Assembly (NCBI GenBank): GCA_031260355.1
Contig: JAIRJZ010000042.1
Coordinates: 2,855 to 66,854, forward strand
DNA: 64,000 nucleotides
Source of the DNA: Burkholderiales bacterium
Lineage (GTDB): Bacteria; Pseudomonadota; Gammaproteobacteria; Burkholderiales; Casimicrobiaceae
Direction of reading: 5' to 3'
Numbering within the stretch: the stretch's first letter is position 1; every line of letters begins with the position of its first letter. The notes beneath the pieces are model-generated. The model saw only the letters and a list, made by a program, of their open reading frames with translations, made no database searches and was not told where the DNA came from. Of this stretch, positions 20,322-28,789 are shown in pieces. A program made the position numbers and the translations under genes.

Positions 20322-21071
20322 CTAGCTCTTGCCACCCGCGACCCGGTGCCGCTGCGCCTGCGTGGCCGCCAGACAAATACCGGCGGCCACCGAAACATTC
20401 AAGCTCTCGACCATGCCCAGCAACGGAATGCTGACGACTCGATCACAGCGTTCGCGCGTCAGCCGCCGCAAGCCGCTCCCTTCGGCGCCCAGCACCCAGG
20501 CCAACGGCCCGCTCAAATCCGCTTCGTACACATTCTCGCCGCCGCTGTCCGCCGCCACGCACCAGACGCCGCGCTCTTTCAATTCGTCCAGCGTCCGCAC
20601 CAGATTGGTCACCGTAACCACCGGCACCGTATCCGCCGCGCCGCACGCCACTTTCGCCACCGTCGCATTGACGCCGACCGAACGGTCTTTCGGCAAAACC
20701 AGCGCCTGCACGCCGAAGGCATCGGCACTGCGCAGACAAGCGCCGAGATTGTGCGGATCGGTCACCCCGTCGAGCACCATCAGCAACGGCATCGCGACAC
20801 CATCGAGAACATCGTCGAGCGTCAGATGCGGCAACACCGCCGTTACCCGCGCCACGATTCCCTGATGCTTTCCCTGCGGCGCCAGCCCGTCGAGGCGCGC
20901 CGTATCAACCGGCTGCGTCGCGCAACCGGCCAGCGCCGCCCGTTCCAGAAGATCGCGCAAGCGCGGGTCCTGGCGGCCAGCATCGTAAAAAAGCGTTTCA
21001 ATCGAACCAGGATGCTGGCGCAAGCGGGCAACCACCGCGTGAAAACCGAACAGGATTTTGGTAGCAGACAT
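20322..21071 (-). CDS. rlmB: 23S rRNA (guanosine-2'-O)-methyltransferase RlmB (SpoU family)
   Basis: MSATKILFGFHAVVARL... and C-terminal SpoU motifs (LVLGAEGSGLRRLT, IPLLGMVESLNVSVAAGI). Confidence 0.9.
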   Translation of the reverse strand: MSATKILFGFHAVVARLRQHPGSIETLFYDAGRQDPRLRDLLERAALAGCATQPVDTARLDGLAPQGKHQGIVARVTAVLPHLTLDDVLDGVAMPLLMVLDGVTDPHNLGACLRSADAFGVQALVLPKDRSVGVNATVAKVACGAADTVPVVTVTNLVRTLDELKERGVWCVAADSGGENVYEADLSGPLAWVLGAEGSGLRRLTRERCDRVVSIPLLGMVESLNVSVAAGICLAATQAQRHRVAGGKS

Positions 21072-21177
21072 AGAACACTCGAAGGCAAACGATGGCACAA
21101 GGCGTTGATGGTATAGTGTGCGCCAGCACTTGTTAAGTCTTTTTCCGCCGCGCTGGCTATTTAAAACAGATTCCAAA

Positions 21178-21846
21178 ATGTCTTTCGACTTACGCGCCGT
21201 CATCGAAAACTTCATGCTCGTCATCGCCGCGCTGATCCCCATCGTCAATCCGATCGGAGCGGCAGCGGTATTCGTGACCATGACGCGCTCGCTGACGCCC
21301 GATGTCCGTACCCAACTGGCGCGCCGCGTGGCGCTCAACGCCTTTCTGCTACTCGCCGCCTCGATGTTCGTCGGCAACTACGTCCTCGGCTTCTTCGGCC
21401 TGTCGGTCGCCGTCGTTCAAGTCGGCGGTGGTCTGATCCTCTGCTCGGTCGCCTGGGCGCTCCTGAAACAGGAACCGAACGCCACCCCCGACCCGCAGTA
21501 CACCGTCAAACCCGAAGACGGTTTGGCCAAAGCCTTCTACCCGCTCACGCTACCGCTGACCGTCGGCCCCGGTTCCATCAGCGTCGCCATCACCCTCGGC
21601 GCCAACCATGCCAACAACGTGCAATCCCTGCTGCTCGCGGCGCCGCCGCTGATTTTCGGTACCGCCGTCGTCGCCCTGTCAATCTACCTGTGCTTCCGCT
21701 ACGGTCACCAACTCACCGCCGCCCTCGGCACCACCGGCACACTGGTCTTCCTGCGCCTGTCCGCCTTCATTCTGCTGTGTATCGGCGTCCAAATCATCTG
21801 GAACGGCCTGTCAACCCTGCTCGCCACGTTTTACGGCCGCTTGTAG
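21178..21846 (+). CDS. MarC-family (NAAT/UPF0056) inner-membrane protein
   Basis: MSFDLRAVIENFMLVIAALIPIVNPIGAAAVFVTMT, with six predicted TM helices. Confidence 0.85.
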   Translation: MSFDLRAVIENFMLVIAALIPIVNPIGAAAVFVTMTRSLTPDVRTQLARRVALNAFLLLAASMFVGNYVLGFFGLSVAVVQVGGGLILCSVAWALLKQEPNATPDPQYTVKPEDGLAKAFYPLTLPLTVGPGSISVAITLGANHANNVQSLLLAAPPLIFGTAVVALSIYLCFRYGHQLTAALGTTGTLVFLRLSAFILLCIGVQIIWNGLSTLLATFYGRL

Positions 21847-21909
21847 CCATTTCCCCCCAAGGCCGTTATAATATTAGTTTCGCGCGGACAAACTCGCCGC
21901 ACGATCCAG

Positions 21910-21985
21910 GCCGGTGTAGCTCAGTTGGTAGAGCAGCTCATTCGTAATGAGAAGGTCGGGAGTTCGATTCTCTCTACCGGCACCA
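21910..21985 (+). tRNA. tRNA-Thr (anticodon CGU)
   Basis: Cloverleaf of 76 nt: acceptor gccggtg/taccggc, D arm gctc-agttggta-gagc, anticodon loop ttCGTaa, T arm gggag-ttcgatt-ctctc, encoded CCA. Confidence 0.9.
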
Positions 21986-21996
21986 CAAATGCCACG

Positions 21997-22021
21997 AAAC
22001 CACGCTATAGCGTGGTTTTTT
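21997..22021 (+). terminator. Rho-independent terminator after tRNA-Thr
   Basis: aaaccacgc-tata-gcgtggttt followed by ttt. Confidence 0.7.
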
Positions 22022-22240
22022 AGCTTCTACAGCCAAACTTCATTAAGTCGAAGCGTGACCAAATTGGTTCAAATTTGATCAACTTGGTGTACGCGCGTGA
22101 TCGTTTTGTCCGTAATTTGCGCTCGTTTTGTCACAAGCAAAATCTGACAAGCGCATATTTCGTTGCTTTTTTCTTGTTTTTCAGTGGTCAGAATAAAACT
22201 CGGGTATTGAGCTTGCTGGGCTGATTGCTGGTTTCTGTAC

Positions 22241-22864
22241 TTATCCAAGTTGTGCTTGCCGCCGCAGCCAAAGGTATTTATTTCGAGCAAATAACCCATA
22301 GTAAGACGCCAAAAACAAACGCCAGCCACGGAGATTGCTGCCACAGTCAAAATGTAGGGACTGCCCGGTGTCGATGTTAAAGTGAACCTCATTGGAACCG
22401 CACCAATCTATCTTAATAACCAAACTATGGGCACCCGTAGAAATCGTGAACTTTGCGGACTTACCGTTGGCGATTTGTCCGATTTCTACTCCGTCGCAAA
22501 TCACACGATATTTACGCAGGTAATCCGCGTAACCACTGTCACGAGAGACAGTGATAAGCGCAGACATCTGCCCACAAATCGCCACCTGTTTTTGTGGACG
22601 TGATCGTTCGCGCAAAATTTCCAGCATTACCATTGAGCAAAAGAAAAAAATAGCAATAACAATCAGGGCAACAATAATAGCAATCGATGCGCTTTCCTCG
22701 CGCGATTCCATCCATCCCTTCACGTTAAAAAAGAATAAGATTAGAGAGCTCATAAGGAAAACCAAAAGGATTTGCACTCTCCGTGCGCGAGCGACGCTAA
22801 ATGACATTGCGGCGATACCGCTGCTGACAATCACGATAAAAAATAATATCTTAATCCAGGTCAT
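22241..22864 (-). CDS. Hypothetical membrane protein (3 N-terminal TM helices + beta-rich C-terminal domain)
   Basis: 207-aa ORF in an AT-rich islet. TM helices ILFFIVIVSSGIAAMSF, ILLVFLMSSLILFFF and IAIIVALIVIAIFFFCSMVML. I recognise no family. Confidence 0.55.
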   Translation of the reverse strand: MTWIKILFFIVIVSSGIAAMSFSVARARRVQILLVFLMSSLILFFFNVKGWMESREESASIAIIVALIVIAIFFFCSMVMLEILRERSRPQKQVAICGQMSALITVSRDSGYADYLRKYRVICDGVEIGQIANGKSAKFTISTGAHSLVIKIDWCGSNEVHFNIDTGQSLHFDCGSNLRGWRLFLASYYGLFARNKYLWLRRQAQLG

Positions 22865-22905
22865 TTCCAGATTCTCCGTTAGCTAATTCCGACAAATCAA
22901 AAACA

Positions 22906-23078
22906 TCACGCCTTGTCGCCAAGCCAACGATTGATCAACGCAGCAACCGCAATTTCGCCCTCTTCTGTTCTCAACGTCCGCTCGGCAACCAAGCCGACAC
23001 GTTCGAGCAATGCTTCGCCTTGCTGTACTATTGGCACTGTCTGCGGCTCACCACCTCGCCTAAAATCTCCGTCGCTCA
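22906..23078 (-). pseudogene. Degenerate duplicate of the recG 3' end
   Basis: The minus-strand translation ...GEALLERVGLVAERTLRTEEGEIAVAALINRWLGDKA* parallels the RecG C-terminus ...DEALLERASRVADRLLKTEEGEAAAVALIDRWLGDKAEFFKA* (24614..). The DNA is about 70% identical by eye, and there is no upstream coding part. Confidence 0.7.
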
Positions 23079-23081
23079 CTA

Positions 23082-24599
23082 TCAAAATAGATTTTCAATT
23101 CTGTTCAACATTTTAACCGTTGCCTTGATTGCCGCTTCGGTCTGATCGGCGTCGAGGCCGCGCGTCTTGAATGTTTCGCCGCCGAACTCCCATGTGATGC
23201 TCGTTTGCACAAAGGCATCGGTGCGGCCACCGGGCGGAATCGTTACGGTGTAGTTGGTCAGCATCGGGAAGGCGCGCCCCAATTGGTCTTTGTAGATACG
23301 TCGCAAAGCGCGCATAAAGGCGTCGTACTGACCGTCGCCCGAAGCTGACGATTCGTATTGCGTTCCGTTGATCTCGATCTTGAGCACCGCAACCGGCTTC
23401 AGACCATGCGCCAGCGAGAGGTTGTAGTTCAATATCCGAACTTTTACCTCCTGCTCGCCGTAGCGCAGTACATCGGCGATGATATAAGGCAAATCCTCCG
23501 TCGTTACCTGCTCTTTCTTGTCGCCCAGCTCGATGATGCGTTCCGTCACTTTGCGCATCGAAGCCTCGTCAAGCTCGATACCCAACGTATCGAGGTTCAT
23601 TTTGATATTCGCCTTGCCCGATGTTTTACCGAGAGCGTACTCGCGCGAACGGCCAAAGCGTTCGGGAAGCAGATCGTTGAAATAGAGATTGTTTTTCTGG
23701 TCACCGTCTGCGTGAATGCCCGCGCACTGCGTAAAAACATTCTCGCCCACAACCGGCTTGTTCGGCGGGATATGGATGCCGGTGTAGGTTTCTACCATAC
23801 GGCTCACGCGGTTGATTTTGTTCTCGACAAGGTGCGTCTTTTCGCCCAACTGATCGTGCAGCACGGCGAGGATGCTTGACAATGGCGCATTCCCCGCTCG
23901 CTCGCCGAGGCCATTCACCGTGGTATGGATCGTTCTGATGCCTGCTTTGACCGCCGCGATCGAATTGGCCACCGCAAGGTCGTAATCGTTGTGGGCGTGG
24001 AAGTCGAACCGATGCTCGGGGTAATGCTCCACCATTTCGCGGCAGAAGTCTAAGGTGTTGTAAGGATTCAATATCCCGAGCGTGTCGGGCAACATGATAT
24101 GATCGCCCCCCTCGCCACGTAGCCCGTCGAGCATCAGGCGCACGTAGTCGGGCGAGTTGAGCATGCCATTCGACCAATCCTCCAGGTAAACGTTCACCCT
24201 GATGCCTTTTGTCTTTGCGAGGGCGATGTTCTTTTTTATATCGGCCAGATGCTGTTCGGGGGTTCGCCTGAGCTGCTCGTTGCAATGTTTCAGCGAGCCT
24301 TTCGTCAGCAGGTTGATCACCTTGCCGCCGCACGTCGCTATCCAGTCGAGCGAAACGCCCCCGTCCACAAATCCGAGTACCTCCACACGATCCAGCAGCC
24401 CCTTCCCGGATGCCCATTGGGTGATCAGCTTGACGCCTTCGCTCTCCCCTTCGGAAACACGCGCTGAGGCGACCTCGATGCGATCCACGCGCAAATCCTC
24501 AAGCAATAGCCGGGCAATACTCAACTTCTCGCGCGGCGAAAACGAAACGCCTGATGTTTGTTCCCCATCCCGCAGGGTTGTGTCCATTATCTCTATCAT
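23082..24599 (-). CDS. cimA: (R)-citramalate synthase, Leptospira CimA-type (LeuA/HMGL family with LeuA_dimer domain)
   Basis: IMDTTLRDGEQTSGVSFSPREKLSIARLLLEDLRVDRIEVASARVS..., LGFVDGGVSLDW, NLLTKGSL, HAHNDYDLAVANS, GVHADGD-type motif and IPPGGRTDA. From memory it is collinear with L. interrogans CimA. The function call is by homology only. Confidence 0.8.
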   Translation of the reverse strand: MIEIMDTTLRDGEQTSGVSFSPREKLSIARLLLEDLRVDRIEVASARVSEGESEGVKLITQWASGKGLLDRVEVLGFVDGGVSLDWIATCGGKVINLLTKGSLKHCNEQLRRTPEQHLADIKKNIALAKTKGIRVNVYLEDWSNGMLNSPDYVRLMLDGLRGEGGDHIMLPDTLGILNPYNTLDFCREMVEHYPEHRFDFHAHNDYDLAVANSIAAVKAGIRTIHTTVNGLGERAGNAPLSSILAVLHDQLGEKTHLVENKINRVSRMVETYTGIHIPPNKPVVGENVFTQCAGIHADGDQKNNLYFNDLLPERFGRSREYALGKTSGKANIKMNLDTLGIELDEASMRKVTERIIELGDKKEQVTTEDLPYIIADVLRYGEQEVKVRILNYNLSLAHGLKPVAVLKIEINGTQYESSASGDGQYDAFMRALRRIYKDQLGRAFPMLTNYTVTIPPGGRTDAFVQTSITWEFGGETFKTRGLDADQTEAAIKATVKMLNRIENLF

Positions 24600-24613
24600 G
24601 TCTATCCCCTATG

Positions 24614-26896
24614 TCACGCCTTGAAAAACTCCGCTTTGTCGCCGAGCCAGCGGTCAATCAACGCGACGGCAGCGGCTTCGCCTTCCTCCGTTTTCAACAG
24701 CCGGTCGGCAACGCGACTGGCGCGTTCGAGTAACGCTTCGTCGCGCTCGGGGTCGGCAAAACGCAGCAACGGCACACCGGCTTGCCGCGCCCCCAGCAAC
24801 TCGCCCGGCCCGCGAATGCGCAAATCCTGACGAGCAATTTCAAATCCGTCGTTATTCTCAAAAATCACTTTGAGCCGCTCTTTGGCCGTCGCGCCGAGAG
24901 GCGTTTCGAACAACAGAATGCACTGGCTTTCGCACGCCCCCCGCCCTACCCTCCCGCGCAACTGATGCAGTTGTGCCAAGCCGAAACGTTCGGCGTGCTC
25001 AATCACCATCGTCGAGGCGTTCGCCACATCGACGCCGACTTCGATTACCGTCGTCGCCACCAGAATATGAATGCCGCCGCGCACGAAAGCTTCCATCGTC
25101 GCCGCCTTGTCCGCCGGTTTCATCCGGCCATGCAGCAAGCCGACCTCAAGTTTTGGCAGCGGCTCGCCTTCTGCCGTTTTATTTTCGCCGTCGAACGCCA
25201 CTACCAATTCTTCATACAGCGTTTGCGCCGCCTGCAAACTGAGTTTTTCCGATTCTTCGATCAGCGGACACACCCAATAGGTCTGTGCGCCGTGCTTTGC
25301 CCCCTTTTGAAAGGGGGTGCCCGCCGAAGGTGGGCGGGGGTTTGTTTCGGCTCCCTTCTCCTCTTGTACCCCATCCCCACCCCAACCCCAACCCTCCCCT
25401 TGAAGGGGAGGGGGTTTGCAGCGCTTGCCGACATGCGCGATGATCTCGGCACGGCGTGCCTGGTTGACCAGCCGCGTCGTTACCGGCATGCGCCCCGGCG
25501 GCAATTCGTCGATCACCGACACATCGAGGTCAGCGTAAAAACTCATCGCCAGCGTGCGCGGGATCGGCGTTGCGCTCATCATCAGTTGGTGCACTTCCTC
25601 GACGCCCGCGCCTCTGTCGCGCAACGCCAGCCGCTGCGCCACGCCGAAACGGTGCTGCTCATCGACGATCGCCAGCGTCAGGTTCGGCATCGTCACGCCT
25701 TTCTGAAACAGCGCATGCGTACCGATCGCTAGCACCGGCTCGCCATCAGCCAGCGTCGCCAACGCTTTTTTGTGCTGCGCTGCCGTCAGCGTTCCGGTCA
25801 GCCACACCAGACGCACCGGCAGACCGGCCAGCCACGCTGACAATTTGTGGTAGTGCTGTTCGGCGAGAATTTCCGTCGGCGCCATCAACGCCACTTGCCT
25901 GCCATTTTCCACCGCCCGCAGCGCCGCCAATGCCGCAATCACCGTTTTGCCGGAGCCGACATCGCCCTGCAACAATCGGTGCATCGGAGCGGCGCGGGCA
26001 AGATCGTCGCCGATTTCTTTCCACACCCGCTGCTGCGCCGCCGTCAACGTGAACGGCAAGCGCTGCAACAAAGCGTCGGTCAACACTTCGCGATGGCTCA
26101 ACGCTTCGGCGCGGCGACCGGCGCGCGCCGCCTTGTGCCGCTTCAGCGAAAGCTGCTGCGCCAACAATTCGTCGAACTTGATGCGTTGCCAAGCCGGATG
26201 CGCGTGCGCTGACAATGCCGCCTGCTCTTCTCCCGACAAACCCGGTGGCGGCGCATGCAAAAAATTCAGCGCCTTCGCCCAATCCCACAAACCCTCCTGT
26301 CGGCGTAAGGCTTCCGGCAAGTCATCGCGCAACACCGTTTCTCGTTGCAGGACTCTCGCAATCTGCTTCGTCAACACCTCTTGCGACAAACCGCCGGTCG
26401 TCGGATAAACCGGCGTTAAGCGGTTAGGCAACGGCACGGCACGGCTTGTTGTTGCGCCCAGCGCCATGAACTTCGGATGCACCATCTCCAAACCGAAATG
26501 GCCGTCGCGCACTTCGCCGAACACGCGCACCCGCATACCAATCGTCAACGCTTTCTGCTGGTTCGGGTAAAACGTAAAAAAGCGCAGCGTCAACGCCGTC
26601 ACATGGTTTTCTTCGCCGCTCTCTATCGCGCAAACCCACTGCCGCCGCGGTCGGTAACGCACTTCGCTCGCCGTCACCACCCCCTCGGTACACACCGACA
26701 TCCCGGCGTGCAATTGCGCCAGCGGCACCCGCGTCGTGTAATCCTCGTAGCGCAGCGGCAAGTGCAGCGCCAAATCCGCTTCATGAACGATACCCAACCG
26801 CGCCAATCGTGCCGCCAGCAAAGAACGCTTGTCCTCACGCGGCTTCGTTACAGGCCGCGTTACTACCGGTGGCGGATGCGAAGTTTCGGTGGTCAT
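24614..26896 (-). CDS. recG: ATP-dependent DNA helicase RecG (carries an in-frame repeat-derived insertion)
   Basis: Wedge domain plus helicase motifs (GDVGSGKT, DEQHRFG, MSATPIPRT, QLRGRVGRG). 760 aa, about 40 aa longer than expected because of the insert at 25295..25420. Confidence 0.93.
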   Translation of the reverse strand: MTTETSHPPPVVTRPVTKPREDKRSLLAARLARLGIVHEADLALHLPLRYEDYTTRVPLAQLHAGMSVCTEGVVTASEVRYRPRRQWVCAIESGEENHVTALTLRFFTFYPNQQKALTIGMRVRVFGEVRDGHFGLEMVHPKFMALGATTSRAVPLPNRLTPVYPTTGGLSQEVLTKQIARVLQRETVLRDDLPEALRRQEGLWDWAKALNFLHAPPPGLSGEEQAALSAHAHPAWQRIKFDELLAQQLSLKRHKAARAGRRAEALSHREVLTDALLQRLPFTLTAAQQRVWKEIGDDLARAAPMHRLLQGDVGSGKTVIAALAALRAVENGRQVALMAPTEILAEQHYHKLSAWLAGLPVRLVWLTGTLTAAQHKKALATLADGEPVLAIGTHALFQKGVTMPNLTLAIVDEQHRFGVAQRLALRDRGAGVEEVHQLMMSATPIPRTLAMSFYADLDVSVIDELPPGRMPVTTRLVNQARRAEIIAHVGKRCKPPPLQGEGWGWGGDGVQEEKGAETNPRPPSAGTPFQKGAKHGAQTYWVCPLIEESEKLSLQAAQTLYEELVVAFDGENKTAEGEPLPKLEVGLLHGRMKPADKAATMEAFVRGGIHILVATTVIEVGVDVANASTMVIEHAERFGLAQLHQLRGRVGRGACESQCILLFETPLGATAKERLKVIFENNDGFEIARQDLRIRGPGELLGARQAGVPLLRFADPERDEALLERASRVADRLLKTEEGEAAAVALIDRWLGDKAEFFKA
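25297..25414. repeat. Repeat units A (25297..25345) and B (25369..25414) embedded in recG
   Basis: A is ttgcccccttttgaaagggggtgcccgccgaaggtgggcgggggtttgt (two hairpins). B is ccccatccccaccccaaccccaaccctccccttgaaggggagggg. B copies occur in intergenic DNA, and an A copy occurs in the mtfA-like gene. Confidence 0.85.
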
Positions 26897-26937
26897 GGTG
26901 TAGAGCGAGCGCCTCTCACATCCACAGACTTTTTACG

Positions 26938-27113
26938 CTCTCCCCTTGAGGGAAGAGACGCGGCATTGCGAGAAGCAAAGCGACGAAGCAATCCAGATTT
27001 TCCCCTTCCCCTTCAAGGGGAAGGTTGGGATGGGGATGAGGTTTCATGGTTAGGCTCTATCTCGATTGATTCGGGCGGATTCTGCGACTCCGCTTCGCTG
27101 CGCGCAGAATGAC
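26938..27113. repeat. Stack of four different palindromic units in the ridA-recG spacer
   Basis: The four units are: hairpin ctctccccttgagggaagag (26938..26957); R3 (26959..26996); inverted unit B (27001..27041); inverted R2 (27077..27113). Confidence 0.8.
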
Positions 27114-27210
27114 GACGTTCCCACCCCCTCTACCTCAAGGGAAAATGGAGAAAAAGCGCGATACCGCTTTGTCCGCCTTCTCACAGAAATGCTCACAGAA
27201 ACGTATTCAC

Positions 27211-27609
27211 CTAGCCCAGAAACAGCACTGCCTCGACTTCCAGCGCCGCCGCTTTCGGCAACGCCGCCACCTGATACGTCGCCCGCGCCGGATACGGCGG
27301 TGTGAAATACGACGCCATGATTTCGTTGACCCGCGCAAAATCGTTGATATCCGCCAGCAGAACTGTCACCTTGACGAAATCGTCCAGATCGCCGCCCGCC
27401 GCTTGCGCCACCGCCCGCAAATTGCGGAACGCCTGATGCGTCTGCGCCTCGACCCCGACCACCAGCGTGCCGCTGGCCGGGTCCAAGCCAAGTTGGCCGG
27501 ACAAATACACCGTCTGCCCCGCGACGACCGCTTGCGAATACGGCCCCAGCGCCGCCGGCGCCTGTGCAGAATGAACCGCCTTCTTGCCGCCCACTTTCGT
27601 ATCAACCAT
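27211..27609 (-). CDS. ridA: RidA-family reactive enamine/imine deaminase
   Basis: [28 protein letters not shown]...[25 protein letters not shown] at 27609. Confidence 0.9.
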   Translation of the reverse strand: MVDTKVGGKKAVHSAQAPAALGPYSQAVVAGQTVYLSGQLGLDPASGTLVVGVEAQTHQAFRNLRAVAQAAGGDLDDFVKVTVLLADINDFARVNEIMASYFTPPYPARATYQVAALPKAAALEVEAVLFLG

Positions 27610-27740
27610 CACATTCCCTTTCTTTTGCCGCCTGAAATGACGCAAGTGTAACAGTTGGCGGCTACCGACAGGCGGTCGCCACCAAGGCATCCGCTGCCCA
27701 ATTTGTGATTTTACAAGGGCGCCCTTTTGACTCCTGCTAT

Positions 27741-27787
27741 CCCCTCCCCTCTGAGGGAGAGGGTGGCGCGTAGCGCCGGGAGGGGGG
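27741..27787. repeat. G/C-run hairpin unit (cccctcccctctgagggagagggtgg...ccgggagggggg)
   Basis: Same sequence style as the C/D hairpins of the composite elements. Confidence 0.6.
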
Positions 27788-27865
27788 CAAAAAGAGGCGT
27801 TGGCGAAAACCCGTCTTCCCGCAATTGTCGGAAAGCCGGAAATTCGGTAATATCACGAACCTTAT

Positions 27866-27941
<76 letters not shown>

Positions 27942-27974
27942 TTCAGATGTCCAAAGAAATCCAAGAAAGTCCAT

Positions 27975-28000
27975 AAGCCCGTGAAAATACGGGCTTTTTT
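27975..28000 (+). terminator. Rho-independent terminator after tRNA-Ala
   Basis: aagcccg-tgaaaata-cgggctt followed by tttt. Confidence 0.7.
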
Positions 28001-28075
28001 GCGGAAGGCGCCTGCCTGATCGTCGCATCAGGCGCCCCCCATTGTGAGCAACCAGAGAACGCCGCCGCTCCTCAA

Positions 28076-28654
28076 TCAGGAGTCGAGGTACGGGGACAGC
28101 ACGTCGGCAAACCCGAACCGCGACATGTCGCGCATTCGCGTCGGGTACAGCACGCCGTCGAGATGGTCGCACTCATGCTGCACCACCCGCGCATGAAACC
28201 CTTCGACGTCACGAACCACATAGCGCCCCTGCGGATCGAAACCGGCATAGCGCATCCGCGTATAACGCGGCACGATACCCAGCAGCCCCGGCAGTGACAG
28301 ACAACCTTCCCACGCTTCTTCCATCGTTTCGTCGAGCGGCGTCAATACCGGATTGATCAGTTCCGTGTAAGGGATCGGCGGCGCTTCCGGGTAACGCTCG
28401 CTTTGTTCTGCACCAAAGACCAAAACCCGCAGCGGCACACCGATTTGCGGTGCCGCAATACCGACTCCGCTTTGGGCACGCATCGTCTCGCGCATATCCT
28501 GCAATAACGCGTCAAGCTCCGGCGTATTGAACATCTCCGGCTCGACCTCCCGCGCGACCTGTTGCAAGCGCGGGTCTCCCATTCTGACAATTTCACGAAT
28601 CACTGGCTCTCCCGTGTCGTTTTCGATACGTTCGTCGCTTTTCACGCGATTCAA
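28076..28654 (-). CDS. def: Peptide deformylase
   Basis: GVGIAAPQIG, EGCLSLPG and HECDHLDG metal-binding motifs. Confidence 0.9.
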   Translation of the reverse strand: MNRVKSDERIENDTGEPVIREIVRMGDPRLQQVAREVEPEMFNTPELDALLQDMRETMRAQSGVGIAAPQIGVPLRVLVFGAEQSERYPEAPPIPYTELINPVLTPLDETMEEAWEGCLSLPGLLGIVPRYTRMRYAGFDPQGRYVVRDVEGFHARVVQHECDHLDGVLYPTRMRDMSRFGFADVLSPYLDS

Positions 28655-28789
28655 ACGTTCTCATCAATGTCCAAGGATTGGCGCAATCATCAACCATGAT
28701 TAAAATGAACGCCGTACGCAAAAGCCGCAAAACCTGTCAATATACCGACCCGTTCCTTGGCATCGCAATCAAATTTTACCAGATACCTC

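Noticed and set aside
22069-22392. A 107-aa ORF overlapping the 3' end of the hypothetical membrane-protein gene.
   Set aside because: It overlaps the longer ORF in another frame and has no start context or recognisable features. It is likely spurious in AT-rich DNA.
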